Shown piece after piece: positions 38,200 through 51,479 of a DNA stretch of 64,000 bases. The notes under the pieces were generated by a model that did no database searches, was not told where the DNA came from, and saw only the letters and a list, made by a program, of their open reading frames with translations. The stretch covers positions 124,001 through 188,000 of the forward strand of contig QPGO01000092.1 of the NCBI GenBank assembly GCA_008632985.1, given 5' to 3'. A program made the translations under genes and the position numbers. The stretch comes from Psammoneis japonica (lineage: Eukaryota). The stretch's first letter is position 1; each line of letters starts with the position of its first letter.

Positions 38200-38543
38200 G
38201 GTTGATCAATGAAATCACGACCAATGTAGGATGTTGTTGTTTGTTTTTGTTTTGTGGCGGTTGAAGAAGCTCAAAATTTCGAAAACTCTTTATTGTTCTC
38301 ATGATCCTAGTATCTTTTCGAGACTGAGTCTCCGTTGAACCATGTGTTTCCTATCCAACATAAAATCACTATAGTTGAAAAAGAGTTATATTGTATCCAT
38401 ATTAGTTCAATACCTGGTACCGGTATTCGATCGAGAGGATCACGTCTGTCCGACCCTCCGTCCTCATCATCAGCGCGTCTCATTTTTTTTCTCGCAGTAC
38501 ACAGTACATGTAATCAATCTCGAACACAACTCGACGCAACAAC

Positions 38544-41500
38544 ATGGTATCCAGTGACGCCGCTGTGCCCGTGACGGCCATTGCCATGAAGCTATTGGAC
38601 CTTCGGCTCAAGCCATCAGGTGCCATTATCGTATCGATGGTGGGCGAATTCACGGCAACGTCAAAACAAGAGATTGCTGTCCTTCGTGCCGGTGGCACCA
38701 TTGAACTGTACCAAATGGGCAAGGGCGAGGAAACAATGCTAAAGCTCATAACCCGAATGGAAACCCGATCCGTGTTGCGAAGTTGTGCCGTGGTGCGATT
38801 GAGTGGAGGGAAACGAGATTTATTGGCGGTGGGAGCCGATGGGGGTGCTGTCAGTGTGATTGATTTCGAGGGAGGTCGGGGACAGGTGGTGCACTGCATG
38901 ACGTTTGGGAAAACAGGTATGTTTCTTACTCTCTAGTTATCTATTGAATTTCGATCGAAAAATGAATGAAAAAGTGGATTCTGATGCACCTCCTGTTCCT
39001 TCTTGCTTTATTTGCTGGCCCAATTTCATTGGATGGAGCATATCGTGTGGTTATGTGCGCATAAGTTTTTGTTCTGCCTTTCTGAGTCTCACGTCTTGTT
39101 GACAATCCACCACCGTTTTCCAATTGCTAGGATGCCGCAGGGACACACCGGGTCAATATCTTGCATCCGATCCCAAGGGCCGAGCCGTCATGATTCTTCG
39201 GTGGAAAAGAGAAAGTTGGTCTACGTGTTGAATCGCGACGCTTCTGGCAAGTCCACAATTGCTTCGCCTCTGGAAGCCCATCGATCACGAACCATCACCT
39301 TTGACACTATTGGGCTGGACAATGGCTACGATAATCCCATTTTTGCCACCCTTGAACTCCAGTATCCCGATACGGAGGATCTCATCAATGGAGATGTAGA
39401 CAGTACTCCGCCAGAAAAGCAATTGGCCTACTATGAATTGGATTTGGGTTTGAATCATGTTAGTCGGCGCTGGGCAACCACCGCCCACCGCACGGCGTGT
39501 TGCCTCGCTGCTTTGCCCGGAGGAGGCGACGGTCCGAGTGGAGTCTTGGTGGGGGGAGAGGATTGGATCGAGTATCTTCATGAAACGCTAGGTGCAGACG
39601 CCATGGAGACGGATTCCAAGCAAGCGAAAAAGATTATTTGTGCCGTGCCCCGCCGAGAACTCCACCCACCAGACAAGGGCATACTCATTACAAAGATTAC
39701 CGTTCATCGTCAAAAGAAATCAAAATTCTTTGCCTTGGCACAGACTGAACTCGGCGATGTATACAAGGTTACCGTGCAGCTGGATCCGTCGGATAAGACT
39801 AAAGTCGTTGGAATGACTGTCGCTCTGCTAGACACGTTGCCCGTGGCCAATGCTCTGAATGTCAGCAAGCTGGGAATGCTCTTTGTAGCTGCCGAATTTG
39901 GGGATCATGCGCTCTATCAGTTTGAACGGATTGACCTGCCAGAGGCGCCTACTTGTACAAGTGAAGAGAGTCGAGAAGCGTTCTTGAAATCGGCAGAGAA
40001 AACCGAAGTAGCATTCTTCAATACCGAGAATGCCAACGCTGTGGCTTGCAAGTTTTCTCCAACCATGTTGAAGAACTTGAGAAAGATTTACACCATGGAC
40101 AACGCCTCTCCCACAACAGGAGTCATGGTGGGCGAGTTGGCGGGCAACGAAGTGAGTCCTCAAGTGTACACGCTCAATGGCAGAGGCCCACGAAGTTCAC
40201 TACGCGTTCTTCGACACGGAGCATCGGTAACGGAATTGGCAGTCAGCGATCTTCCCGGAACACCCGGTGGTATCTTTACAATCTCCAACAACAACGAGGA
40301 TGCGTCAAAGGATAACAATGATCGCTACATTGTTGTGAGCTTTGCAGATGCCACATTGGTCTTGTCGGTAGGCGAGACAGTGGAGGAAGTTGGAAAAGAG
40401 TCTCTCTTTCTCACCAACGCGCCGACGCTTGCGTGTTCCGCTCTTGGAAACGATGGTGGAATGGTCCAAGTGCATCCAGCGGGTGTTCGGCATATTCACC
40501 GAGGGCAGGCGAAACAGTGGCATTGTCCCGGTCTCAAACGAATCGAGTGTGCCAGTGCCAATCAAAGCCAAGTCATTGTTGCTTTGGCTGGTGGCGAAGT
40601 GATTTACTTTGAAATTGATCCCGTGAGTGGTAACCTCAAGGAAGGTGCCGCGAGGGACATGGGCGCCGATGTCTGCTGTCTTGACGTTGGAACTATCCCT
40701 CCAGGACGTAGCCGTAGTCTCTTTGCTGCTGTGGGCTGTCGTGATTCCACCGTGAGGATTGTGAGTTTGGAGCCTGGTCTGCTTCTTCAACAAAGAAGCA
40801 GCACTGTTCTCAATACCCGACCCCATTCTGTAGCTTTGCAACTCATGGGCGTTACTGATGCCTCGGACGCTTCGCAAGCTGACACTGTTTTGACTATTGG
40901 TCTGGATGATGGTAGTTCCCAACGAGCAAACGTTGACCCTGTAACTGGAGGAATCGGGACAAGTCCGACGAGGCGATTTTTGGGTGCACGTCCCGTGGCA
41001 GTGTCGCGGATTAGCCTGGAATCAAGCTCAGCCACGCTACTGCTGTCGTCTCGTCCATGGATTAGTCGATTGGACGCCACCTCGGGGAAGCACATTATGG
41101 CACCTCTGTCATACGCCCCACTAGATCACGGGTGTGCCTTTAGTTCCGATGCAATTCCCGAGGGTATTGTAGCGACCGCCGGTACAACCTTGAGAATCTT
41201 GTCTGTGGATGCCGTCGGCATTAGCGGCGGTGAAGACGAATCTTTCAATACCAACAAGGTGGATTTGAGGTACACGCCTCGTCAAATGACACTACTGTCC
41301 ACTGGCGGAGGCACTACAGAGCAGCCTCGAAAGCTAGTATTGGCGGTGGTTGAGAGCGACTACAATGACTATGGTCTGGAGGAAAAGTCGGCAATGGGTT
41401 TTGACGCCTCAGGTGGTGGGGCCGGCGTCAAGAAGGAAAAGGAGAAGGGCGACGATGGAGATGGAATGGATATGGACGAAGACAGTGATGAAGAGGAGGA

Positions 41501-42775
41501 CAAGAAAGAGGAAAAAGAAGACGACGAAGAAGAGGATGACGAAGAGAAGGAAGCCCGAGCTACTCCTATTCGTGGGCCGATTCCTCCAGGGCCGGGACAT
41601 TGGGGATCTTGTGTCCGCCTCTTGGATCCGTCAGACTCTTGCTCCACGTTGGATTGCGTCGAAATGAGTCGCAACGAAGCTGCACTGTGTTGTACTTCCG
41701 TCCGTTTTCATTCTCGAGGTGGCGAGTCTTTGCTCGCTGTGGGAACAGTGACGGGCATGACTGTGCAGCCTCTCAAACAGACGGCGAGCCACGTTGTGCT
41801 CTACCGCGTTATCAACGGCGAGCGTCTGCAACTTCTCCATAGGACCGCCGTCGATGATGGACCTGTCTTGGCGCTGGCCCATTTCCAGGGGAGACTGCTC
41901 GTCGGAGTCGGCAAGACACTGAAATTTTACGAAATGGGAAAGCGACAGCTGCTGAAGAAGTGTGAACTGCGAGGATTGCCCAACATGGTCAAGACACTTC
42001 AAGCCTCAGGTGATAGGTGAGTGAAGGCCGTATTGCGTTTGATACTGAATGCCTTTGCATCTTGCTAACTCGGTCCGTAATACGGGCCTGTAATTGTTCT
42101 TTTGTTTTGGCGCTATACAGGGCGTTTGTGGGAGACATGTTACAGTCCATGCAGATTATTCGATATGATGCCGCTGTCAATCGTCTTACGCTACTGGCCC
42201 ACGATCCATTCCCTCGTCCCGTAGTGTCGCAAGAGCTTCTGGACTGGAACACGGTTGCGGTTGGTGACAAGTTTGGCAACATTTGTATTTTGCGATTGCC
42301 GCGGGGTGCCGAAGCTAGTGCTGCCGCCGCTGATGTGACGGGAACGCGAGCTCTCTGGGACTCTACTCGCGAAGACTCGACTCCACGGCTGGAAACTCTT
42401 TGTCAGTATCATGTTGGAGAGGTTGTGACCTCCATGACCCGCGCTTCTCTGGTTGCGGGCGGAGCCGAATCGCTTATTTACGTGACTGTCACCGGTCGGG
42501 TAGGAGCTTTGGTGCCCTTCAGCTCTCGCGATGATGTAGAATTTTATACCCAACTCGAGGGTTGTCTTCGCACTGATGCTACAAGACCCACTGGCCGTGA
42601 TCCGACGTCTTACAGGTCATATTGCGCTCCCGTAAAGCACGTCGTTGACGGCGACTTGTGTGATGCCTTCAATTCTCTGTCTCATGAAGAGCAAACCAAG
42701 ATTGCGGAACGTTTGGACCGAAGCGTTGGAGAAGTCATGAAGAAGCTCGAAGACACAAGAAACGCTTTGCTTTAG
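38544..42775 (+). CDS. SF3B3: Splicing factor 3B subunit 3
   Basis: Exons 38544-38916, 39131-42016, 42121-42775. TFGKTGCRR, PGQYLASDPKGRA, SPLEAH, YYELDLGLNHV, GDKFGN, PVKHVVDGDLC. One missing base near 39196. Confidence 0.96.
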
Positions 42776-42844
42776 AATAGTTATGGTCTAACTTCAATTA
42801 AAGAATGATAGTGACTCTAGCTGCTTCTAGAGTATAAGCGCTTA

Positions 42845-45500
42845 TCAATCTATGTAGGGAGGTGAATTGCCCATCCAATTGATGTGAGACGAGGGCCACT
42901 TCGTTCTGATAACATCTTCCAAATCTCCTGCAGACCCACCGGCAGGCTGACCCGACGACGAATGATTGCTTTGGGACAAGGCAATGCTGTGCCCGACAGC
43001 TTCCTCTGCCGTCAGCCGTGTGACGCAGAATGGTGTAAGCGTTCCACCGCGGAGTCCGTTGTAATGAAAGAGAGAAAACGTATTTCCAAACTGTTCAAAT
43101 TCCATCGATTGCGGTTGCGGCGTCGAAGGAGGGGCACGTGCACCTGCAACTTCTGGTACCGCGTCGACATTGATTGCAGAATGAGCACTATCTCCTTTTG
43201 GCTCATATTCGGCTTGTAGCAGGCGTGCGTACTCCTCATCCGTCATGGTGCCGCCGGCAGCGACTGCATCAATATCCATGGGACTTGAAGGGCGGCCACT
43301 CACCGCGTCAGAAGACGAAACAGTGGCGGCATCGCTGCCACCTCCAGTGTTGTTCCATTCAGCTTGTAGTTTCCTCGCCAGTTCTTCGTCACTTTCAACG
43401 ACAGATTTGGTACTATGCTGGCTAGCTTTTGTCAGTGCTTCGGCAGCAAAAGCTGCGGCTACTCCTCCTCCTCCTCCTCCTTGGTCTTCTCCCGCTCCCG
43501 TCGTAATGAGCAATGGCGGCATGTCATTGTCAGAAACGGTACTTTTGCCGTCATCACCCTGCAAGACACTTTGAATAGTAGCACCCGTCATTAATCGACT
43601 GGCGGCCTTCCAGAAATCATCCCACAAAATGATACCCGCACCGCCCACTTCGAGAGTGGCTGCCAAAGTTTGAACGGCATTGGGTTCCACCTTGATGTCG
43701 AGTGATTGCAAAACTTGCCCCAGCGACCCTGTGGCGATAAATCCATTTTCTTCTCCACCCTCCACAGCCTTGAACGCTCTTCGACATGTTTCTAACAATA
43801 CGTCACTTTTCGATTCAACTAGACACGTGGCATCCCCGAATAAAACTGTAAAGTGACTTGTCGATCCAACCACCCAAATTGGAAAGGTTGGGGATTTGTA
43901 GTAGCCACCTACTTCGCAGTATCGCATTGCCTCAAGCTGTGATAGATAGCCTACTGCAGGACGGTACTGTACACCGCGGCAAGTCAGAGCCCCCGATGGC
44001 GTCAGTGTATTGTCAAAGACATTGCTCACGGCCTGACCCGTCAAGAGAAGATTCATTAGTTCTTGTGAACAATGACCAAATTGAGAAGTCAGCCGTGTGC
44101 CGGACGGATCGTCCATGTCTCTGTGTATTTCATCGTTTCCTCGTGAAGCCACGAGGCTCATGACGAGCAAAATTACACCACCGGGACGACGAAAACAGTC
44201 CAAGGGAGAAAGCAACGATGAATTCATCTTCACGTCGTCTTGGCTGCTGCCATGCAACAAAAAGTCTGAAACCGCAAGAGCCAATTGGATAATTCGGTCT
44301 TGTCGTGATTCAGCAGTCGACTTCTTTTGGCGCTTGGCATTGCGGTTGGTGTCTTCCGAGGCAGAAACTGTGAATATTTGCAATTTGTTGTTTTCCAGTG
44401 TTGCCGCAGCACTACTACTAGACGATGACCAAGGTTCCAAGTCTTCCCATGTCAAACCCTCTTGCGAATTACCGTCTCTAATACATTTTGGCAATACAAT
44501 TTGTACACTGCTTTGATTGGAATCATTGCTGTTGGTGTCGGATGTGTCCGAAGGACCAATAACGGCAGCTCTGGCAATAATGATTGCAATCGCCATGGCC
44601 AATCCTTTTGCAATGAGTGCATCGGTAATTTGCGGTTCCTCAACAATAGCAGCAGGCTTTTTGTCGTCGTCTGAACTTGTATCAATCGATGTAGGATATT
44701 CCAAAACGTCAGGCCTATTTTGATTCCATCCAAACAAGAGCAGTCTCAAGAGCTCAGCTTCTGAGAGTATAATAAGGAAAGGATTTACACGCAAAAAACG
44801 TGGTAAGCCATAAGTGCAATCAGCAATTAGAGACACACTCCCCATCACAACACCATCAAAACACAAACTCACGAACAGCCGCCAACACGCCACAGGGCCC
44901 ACCGTGCGCTTGTACCAATCCCCACGGTCCGTGGTTGGATCCTACAATTTGCAATGGCGTTCGGACTCGGGTAACTTCCGGTTGTTCCTCGTCTAACTGA
45001 CGCGTTTCAATGCCCTGTCCTACCCATCGCAATTTGTCATTGTCGGTCGTCATGACACTATCCCACATGATGGAATGAAACGAAGGAATATCCGTATAAT
45101 CCAAACAACTCGTCTGATATGCTCTGTTGTTGTTGTTGTCTTCGGGTTCTGCTTGCATGTTATCGTCATCATCGGCTTGAGCGTCGCTGTCTTGAATTAA
45201 GGACAGCGCCAAGGCGGCTTGAAGATCAGCATCTTCATCATCTTGAAGTGCAGCAGTGTCCATCTTTTGTTCCACTACGGGCGGAGAACTCATGGCAACA
45301 ACAGTAGGGGGTGGCGGTGCTGGAGTTGGCACTACTGCTGCTGCCGGAGGAGGAGGAGTAGCCATGGTATGACTAATGTTGCGTTCTAACGCCGCCAGTC
45401 GACGTTGTCGTATTTCATTGGCACTGACGGGTACGGCACTTCCACCAAGGCTATGACCGGCACGATTGGGAGAGTTGGGAGCATCATTCTGATCATACAT
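42845..45500 (-). CDS. MINDY3/4 (FAM188)-type deubiquitinase with UIM/MIU motifs
   Basis: Exons 45500-44873 and 44760-42845. Catalytic QAHGGPCGVLAAVQAE, GHCSQELMNLLLTGQAVSNVFD, WVVGSTSHFTVLF. DADLQAALALSL, DEELARKLQAE, DEEYARLLQAE. Confidence 0.9.
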
Positions 45501-45965
45501 GGTGGTTGTATAAGGTCAGCAACACTTTCAATGGCGTTCTTACTGTGTTGGATGCGAAAAGCGATACAGTAAAAGATGGGATTTGAGAAACACTCCTCAT
45601 CTTTTGTAAGGAAGATCTAAGTGTAAATTCCAAAGAAACAGATTGAGCTTTGACCGATGAAGAGTACTTTAAAAAATATTCTCCGGGTCTTTACTACATG
45701 CCATTTGTACGTAGACTCTACGTACGCACGCATCCGTTGAGCGATTTCGTCCGCCTGACCTTCCCACCGACGGCAACATTCCAATGCAAACAACACACAA
45801 AAACATGCAACGCAACAAAGCTGGTGCAGTCGAAGAAGCAAACAGAAGCAGGAATAACAATCGCATAAGGATTATCGTCGCTGCAACGGACTTATTCTTC
45901 TTCTATAGTTGTATCTCAGAGCCTTGGGTACAAGTACCTGATACTTACTTCCAAAAAACAAAATA

Positions 45966-46913
45966 ATGTCTTCAGAAGGCAAGGCCAAGTCGTACTTTAA
46001 AAAGGCCCGTGAGTGGGCCTATCCGCTTCGCACGTCGTCTGCCTTTTTGGAAAAGGGTGTCTTGACTCCGGAAGAATTTGTGCGAGCCGGTGATGAATTG
46101 GTATTCAAGTGTCCGACGTGGAGTTGGGAGGGATCCAGTAGCAGCAAACAAAAGTCGTCTCACTTGCCCCCCGACAAGCAGTACTTGGTAACACGCAACG
46201 TGCCGTGTCCCAATCGTGTGTCCACCATGGAACAACAACAAAGCATGACGACCTTTTCTCTAAATGATGATGGTGATGGTAACACGGAAGAAGACTGGTT
46301 GGTGTCGCACATTACAACAAAGATGGAAGAAACAAATCTAGAAGATGAATTTGATATTTTAGACGAACAGGGTGATGTAGTGGAAAAGGTCAAACCTGCA
46401 GAAACGACTCAACAAGACGATGATGACGAGGATGAATATGCGGATATGGATGATTTTGAAGACGACAATGTCTTACAGGACGATGTTGCCACGGCGGCGG
46501 TTGTGAAGGACGACACGACGAATGACAATCTCGTCAAGGTGAGGACTTATGATTTGAGCATTACCTACGACAAGTACTACCAAACTCCTCGACTCTGGAT
46601 GATGGGTTATGCAGACGACCGACAACCGCTCACGGGAGCACAAATGATGGATGATGTCATGTCGGATTATGCCAATCGTACCGTCACGATTGAGAGTCAC
46701 CCGTACATTGCCGGTCCTCACGCCAGCATTCATCCCTGTCAGCATGCCAAGGTTATGAAGACAATTGTCAAGAATTTAATGAAGAACGAAGAACAAGACA
46801 AGGGACCCGCGGTGGAAATGTATCTTTTCATCTTTCTCAAGTTTGTCAGTTCCATCATTCCAACCATCAATTATGATTTCACCATGGAAGTTACGGCCAG
46901 TACGCAAAAGTGA
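45966..46913 (+). CDS. ATG3: Autophagy E2-like enzyme ATG3
   Basis: GVLTPEEFVRAGD, CPTWSW, RTYDLSITYDKYYQTPR, ASIHPCQHA, FLKF...IPTINYDFT. Confidence 0.97.
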   Translation: MSSEGKAKSYFKKAREWAYPLRTSSAFLEKGVLTPEEFVRAGDELVFKCPTWSWEGSSSSKQKSSHLPPDKQYLVTRNVPCPNRVSTMEQQQSMTTFSLNDDGDGNTEEDWLVSHITTKMEETNLEDEFDILDEQGDVVEKVKPAETTQQDDDDEDEYADMDDFEDDNVLQDDVATAAVVKDDTTNDNLVKVRTYDLSITYDKYYQTPRLWMMGYADDRQPLTGAQMMDDVMSDYANRTVTIESHPYIAGPHASIHPCQHAKVMKTIVKNLMKNEEQDKGPAVEMYLFIFLKFVSSIIPTINYDFTMEVTASTQK

Positions 46914-47079
46914 TGAGTAATGTGGCTTGTTGTGCGCTGGTGCTTACAAGCAGTGTGAATTATACCTTTTTCTGTCGGGGGTGGTGTCTAGTGTTATACG
47001 GTAGAGTCTGTTTTGTTCGCTTGTTTCCAACTGCCTAGCTACTTACATAGGACTTTATTGTCGAACTGTTCCTGCTTAA

Positions 47080-49990
47080 TCCTTGCTCATCAACTCGGTG
47101 TCGGTTGATGCAGATGCATTGTCACCGACAGGATTCCATAGACTGCACATTGAAGGCACAAAAGTCTGCACATTTTGGAAAATGGCATTCAAGGAAAATG
47201 TCCAACCATGCTACCCCATGCCACTGACCACTTTGAATGACAAGCCAGTCCTTGCAAAGCTGCTCTCTTAATGCTGTTTACATGCAAGTGAAGTCCTGAA
47301 CAGGCATTTTGCTGTCAATGAGGCAAGTGCTCTGGAGGAATCCTGTTGATGAGACCCATGGTTGTTGTCAGTTGATGAAGGTGGCATTGTCACTGACAGG
47401 ATTCCATGGACTGCACATTGAAGGCACCAAAGTCTGCACATTTTGGAAAATGGCATTTGAGGAAAATGTCCAACCATGCTCCCCCATGCCACTGACCACT
47501 TTGAATGGCAAGCCAGTCATTGCAAAGCTGCTCTCTTAATGCTGTTTACATGCAAGTGAAGTCCTGAACAGGCATTTTGCTGTCAATGAGGCAAGTGCTG
47601 CAGAGGAATCCTGTCAATGAAACCTGCAGCACAGAGGAAGATGAGGAAAGTTGACAATGCATGCATCACCACCTTGTGTGTGGAGGGCAGCCCTTCTCGC
47701 TCCTCCTCTCTGCACTCTTCTTGTGCCTCAGCAATGATTCAGCCACACTCATGCTGAGTTGCATGTGCTGGAACTTTGTTGGCATTTCAAAAACAGTGGG
47801 TTCTGACAAAGGTGGCAAGTGCAGCAAGAAGATGAGCAAAAGCCCGCACTCTGACCATCTGCCAAGCTTTGTCACAAAGGGGTTGGGTGCTCTTCAAAAC
47901 ATGCTTGGCTTTGGCTGCAACAACTCCAACTCTTCTTTTGCAATCGTGATGAGAGAAGGTTGATTTGAGGTTGTTTTTTGCTCAGTGTCACAGCTTTGCT
48001 TGTTTTAGAAAAAGGTGAGACCCAGTGAAGCTTGCTTGCTTGTTTTAAGGTGAAAAGCAGAACTGGCCAATTGGGCCCTCCCTGCACATGTTGCTGGCAC
48101 TTTGCACAATGCACAGGGTGTCAAACAGAGAGTGCAAAAGTGCTGCTTTCATTGCCCTGTGTCTGTTGTGCTGTGTGCTGTTGTCTGTTGTGCAGGCAGC
48201 TGACTGGAGTCAAGGAAAGCAAATGCAAATGACAATGACAGCCGCCTGGGCCCACAACACAGACACTCATGAAGGCAGCACAGCAATGCAGTGCAGGATG
48301 GGGACTGGGGAGCACCTCAGGCAGCATTGATCATCATCCCCACTTTGACAAAGCTGATGGCCAAGTTCTGGAGTTGTGCAAGGAGACAGGAGTGACTGCT
48401 TTGCTTGATCCCAGTTGACTCATTGAATTTGTCAAAACAGCAGGAAAACCAATGCCGCCATGTCAACTGCTGGTGCCACAAGTGCTTGTTTTTCTGTGAG
48501 GAGGGAAATCACCATGGTGACTGGAAAGTTCACCATGCTCATTGTTGCTGTGAGTTGCATTTGTTGTGACTGTGTCACAAGAGTGCCCCAGCCCTGGTCA
48601 GACAATGCTCTAAATTTTGGCCAGAATGCTTGCAAGCAGCTCAACAAAGAACAGTGATTGGTGTGTTCTGAGACTGCAAGTCATTGCACCAACATCTGAG
48701 TTTCCAGAACAGAAAATTTTGGATGTTGAGCTTGAAGAAAAACTGTTTCAGCAGCAAAGCCCAAATGGCGTCCCATGTCCATTTTTGCATTCACATGTGA
48801 CAGCATGCACTTCATGTGACTCATTTTCCATTTTCCCAGGTGGTGAGGCTGGGCTTTTGCTGAGTCACAATTTTGGCTTGTTTTGGTGAAAAGCCTGCAC
48901 AAAGTGTTTGATCTCCAGTCGGTTGCTCCTGGATTTGCAGCATGTCTGACAAGTCCACTGTTGTGCCACAATTGAAACTTAGAACAGAGGAAAAGAGGAG
49001 TCATCTTGACCATGGACATTTGTTGTGGGGCATCATGAAGCTTTTGATGCACGCATGTTGAGTTGACAATGCACCTGTGCTTTGCACAAGGTGCAATGGG
49101 CAAACATCATTCATTCAAATTGAATCTCACAGAGGCCCTTTTGTGGCAGGTTGGCAATGCTGGTCTGATGCACATTGAGTGGTTCTCCAGCCTGAGAGCA
49201 CACAAAGAAGAGACTTTTCTCTAGATCATGCAGATGAAAGCAATCAGCTGCATTGCACTTTGAGCATTTCAATGAACAACATTGAAGCAAAGATGATTTC
49301 TGTCAGGCCAATGCCCAGCATGCTTTCCTTGAATGGACAGACACATCATTTGAACAATGCTGGCTGGAGCTGTGGTGAACCAGGTCTTTGATGGCTTTGA
49401 TTTGCAGCCTTGGTGGACCACCATCCTTTGTTCTAATTGTGTTTTGTGATTTTGACATCTGAAATTCCAGCACACACATGACTTGCTGTTGTTGATTGCC
49501 CTTCCTCTCTTGATCACATGGTTGCAAACAGAAGGACATGGCCCTGCAGCACTGCTTGAGCAAATCCACTGTGTCATTGTCTGATGCAGCACAACATCAG
49601 AGGAAGATGCACACATGACATGGCAGCAATGGACCAATTTTTCTTTTGCTCTTGGCAGTGTCTAGTGTGTTTCCTCTTTGGCACTGCATCGTTTCAACTG
49701 TCATGCTGCCAAAGGAGGAGGCCTCTTCGCAGCCAAAACAACAGGCCAAGCACAATGAGAGGATGTTTGTGGTGTCCAGCTCAATGTGGTTGAGCCTGTT
49801 TTGTTTGCTGATTCCATCTACCCAGTGAACAGAGGATTTTTTTGTCGTTTTGTTGCTGGTTGATCTTTGCTCATCTCTTCATCTGCTGATGCAGCCATTG
49901 TTGTCATCGACAGGATTCCAAAGACTGCAGTGAAGCTGAAAAAGATGCGATGAATTTTCTCAAAAATCTTTTGAAACATCCCTCGCAAAT
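47080..49990. mobile_element. TpA/CpG-depleted decayed repeat block 2, class not identified
   Basis: Sharp compositional change on both sides. The motif TCAYYRACAGGATTCC occurs at 47122, 47390 and about 49904, and inverted at 47337 and about 47605. No recognisable protein. Confidence 0.6.
47100..47625. repeat. 268-bp tandem duplication, each unit bounded by a 16-bp inverted motif
   Basis: GCATTGTCAC at 47116 and 47384. The units are nearly identical; TCACCGACAGGATTCC...GGAATCCTGTTGATGA bounds unit 1. Confidence 0.9.
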
Positions 49991-50345
49991 GTGATTATTT
50001 ATCTTTTGCAGATGGCAGCTGCTGTGTCACTTGAAATGGACCTGTGTATTGTGGTTCTTTTTTTGCAATCGCGGCAACAAAGATTGATTGCAGGGCGCTT
50101 CCAAGCGCAAACAACAGCAGTCTATGTCGATTGTTCAGACGCATCTCAAGTCTATGGGTAGGGAGAAAAATATCCAAGTACTCCGTGTCTTGGAAGGATA
50201 AGAAGGCAGGTGCAGGGCTTGGAAGAAGACATCCTAGTTATATTGCAGAGGCATCAATCCCTTGCTAGTTTGATTTTAAGGTGAAGAAAGGCTCTTGGAA
50301 CGAATTGAGAACGTTAAATTTGTTAAAAGGTGCAAACTTTGCGTA

Positions 50346-51260
50346 CTATAACTGAGTTCCTTCTTTCTGACCTGCTATGATGGCGTCCATGGCGTCAACA
50401 AGTGCTTGACATTTTCGGCTATTGAGTGCGTCCGGGTGCGGTGATGTGAATTGACCATTGTCGTTATCATAGTATTTTCCAGATGCATTGGCAAATTCCT
50501 CAGAAGTTGCCGCACGACAAATAATGTCTGCGCCAGTATTGGCATCACGACCGTCGCTTCCATAGGCCTCCTTTACCATTTTTGTCGCCAAAAAAGAGGC
50601 TGGGTTTACAGCCACAACAACCGGACCCCCCTTTAACGATTTAGCCAGCGCATGCGACCACATTGCAATTCCCAATTTGCTCTCGGCATAAGCAGCATTA
50701 TCTGACAAGGATTGATGACCCATGAAGGCGTTGAGATTGACCGGTGCTTGGGCTGCGGAGGATAAATTAACAACGCGTCCACTCGATTCAATAATTGGTA
50801 ACAATAGCTTTGTCAAGTGGTAAGGAGCAATGGTGTTGACAACGAAACGAACATCATACCCATCATCTGTGGTTGTCTTTGGCACCATGAAGACTCCGGC
50901 ATTGTTGATGAGGACATCAAGCTTGTCGTGCTTGTCTCGTACAGCTTTTGCGAGTGCTTCAACTTCTTTCAGACGAGATAGATCGGCCACGTAACTCTCC
51001 ACGGTCCCAGCACAGGTTCCTTGAGACGTAACTTCGTTTTCCGCTTTCTTCAGCTTCTTCTTGCTTCGTCCATGCAGCAGAACATTATGGCCTTGAGCTA
51101 CGAGTTTCTTTGCAGCCAATAATCCAATACCATCGGTAGAACCAGTCACGAGAATTGTTTTTTGCGCCATGTTGGGAGAAAGGGCTTGAGTAGAAGCAGG
51201 TCGGAGACAAAAGAAAAGAATAATCGAAAAAGGCAGGCACCGCAACTGATTTAAGTGCAT
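50346..51260 (-). CDS. Short-chain dehydrogenase/reductase
   Basis: LVTGSTDGIG, DLS, LINNAG, NLSS, YAESK. Possible N-terminal signal; an alternative start is at 51170. Confidence 0.92.
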   Translation of the reverse strand: MHLNQLRCLPFSIILFFCLRPASTQALSPNMAQKTILVTGSTDGIGLLAAKKLVAQGHNVLLHGRSKKKLKKAENEVTSQGTCAGTVESYVADLSRLKEVEALAKAVRDKHDKLDVLINNAGVFMVPKTTTDDGYDVRFVVNTIAPYHLTKLLLPIIESSGRVVNLSSAAQAPVNLNAFMGHQSLSDNAAYAESKLGIAMWSHALAKSLKGGPVVVAVNPASFLATKMVKEAYGSDGRDANTGADIICRAATSEEFANASGKYYDNDNGQFTSPHPDALNSRKCQALVDAMDAIIAGQKEGTQL

Positions 51261-51479
51261 AGGTTGGCGACGCTGTTGTGGCTCTTGCTGCTGCTAGTAG
51301 TAGCTAGTGTCGGGGTCGCGTCGCCAGTGAGGTTGAAGGTGACAAGGGGCCTTCGCGATCTTATGTGAATTGAAATTGTGAGACGAAGATTCCAAGATGA
51401 TGGTGTCAAAAGAGGCGCGCAGACCCACACGTAGGAATCATTTAGAACAACATCGAAAAGGCCAAAAAAGGAAATTCCG

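Noticed and set aside
33236..42775. NOB1 and SF3B3 as pseudogenes
   Set aside because: The proteins are otherwise fully conserved and the breaks are mostly homopolymer-type indels.
47100..47625. CRISPR-like array
   Set aside because: Two long near-identical units without unique spacers, in a eukaryotic context.
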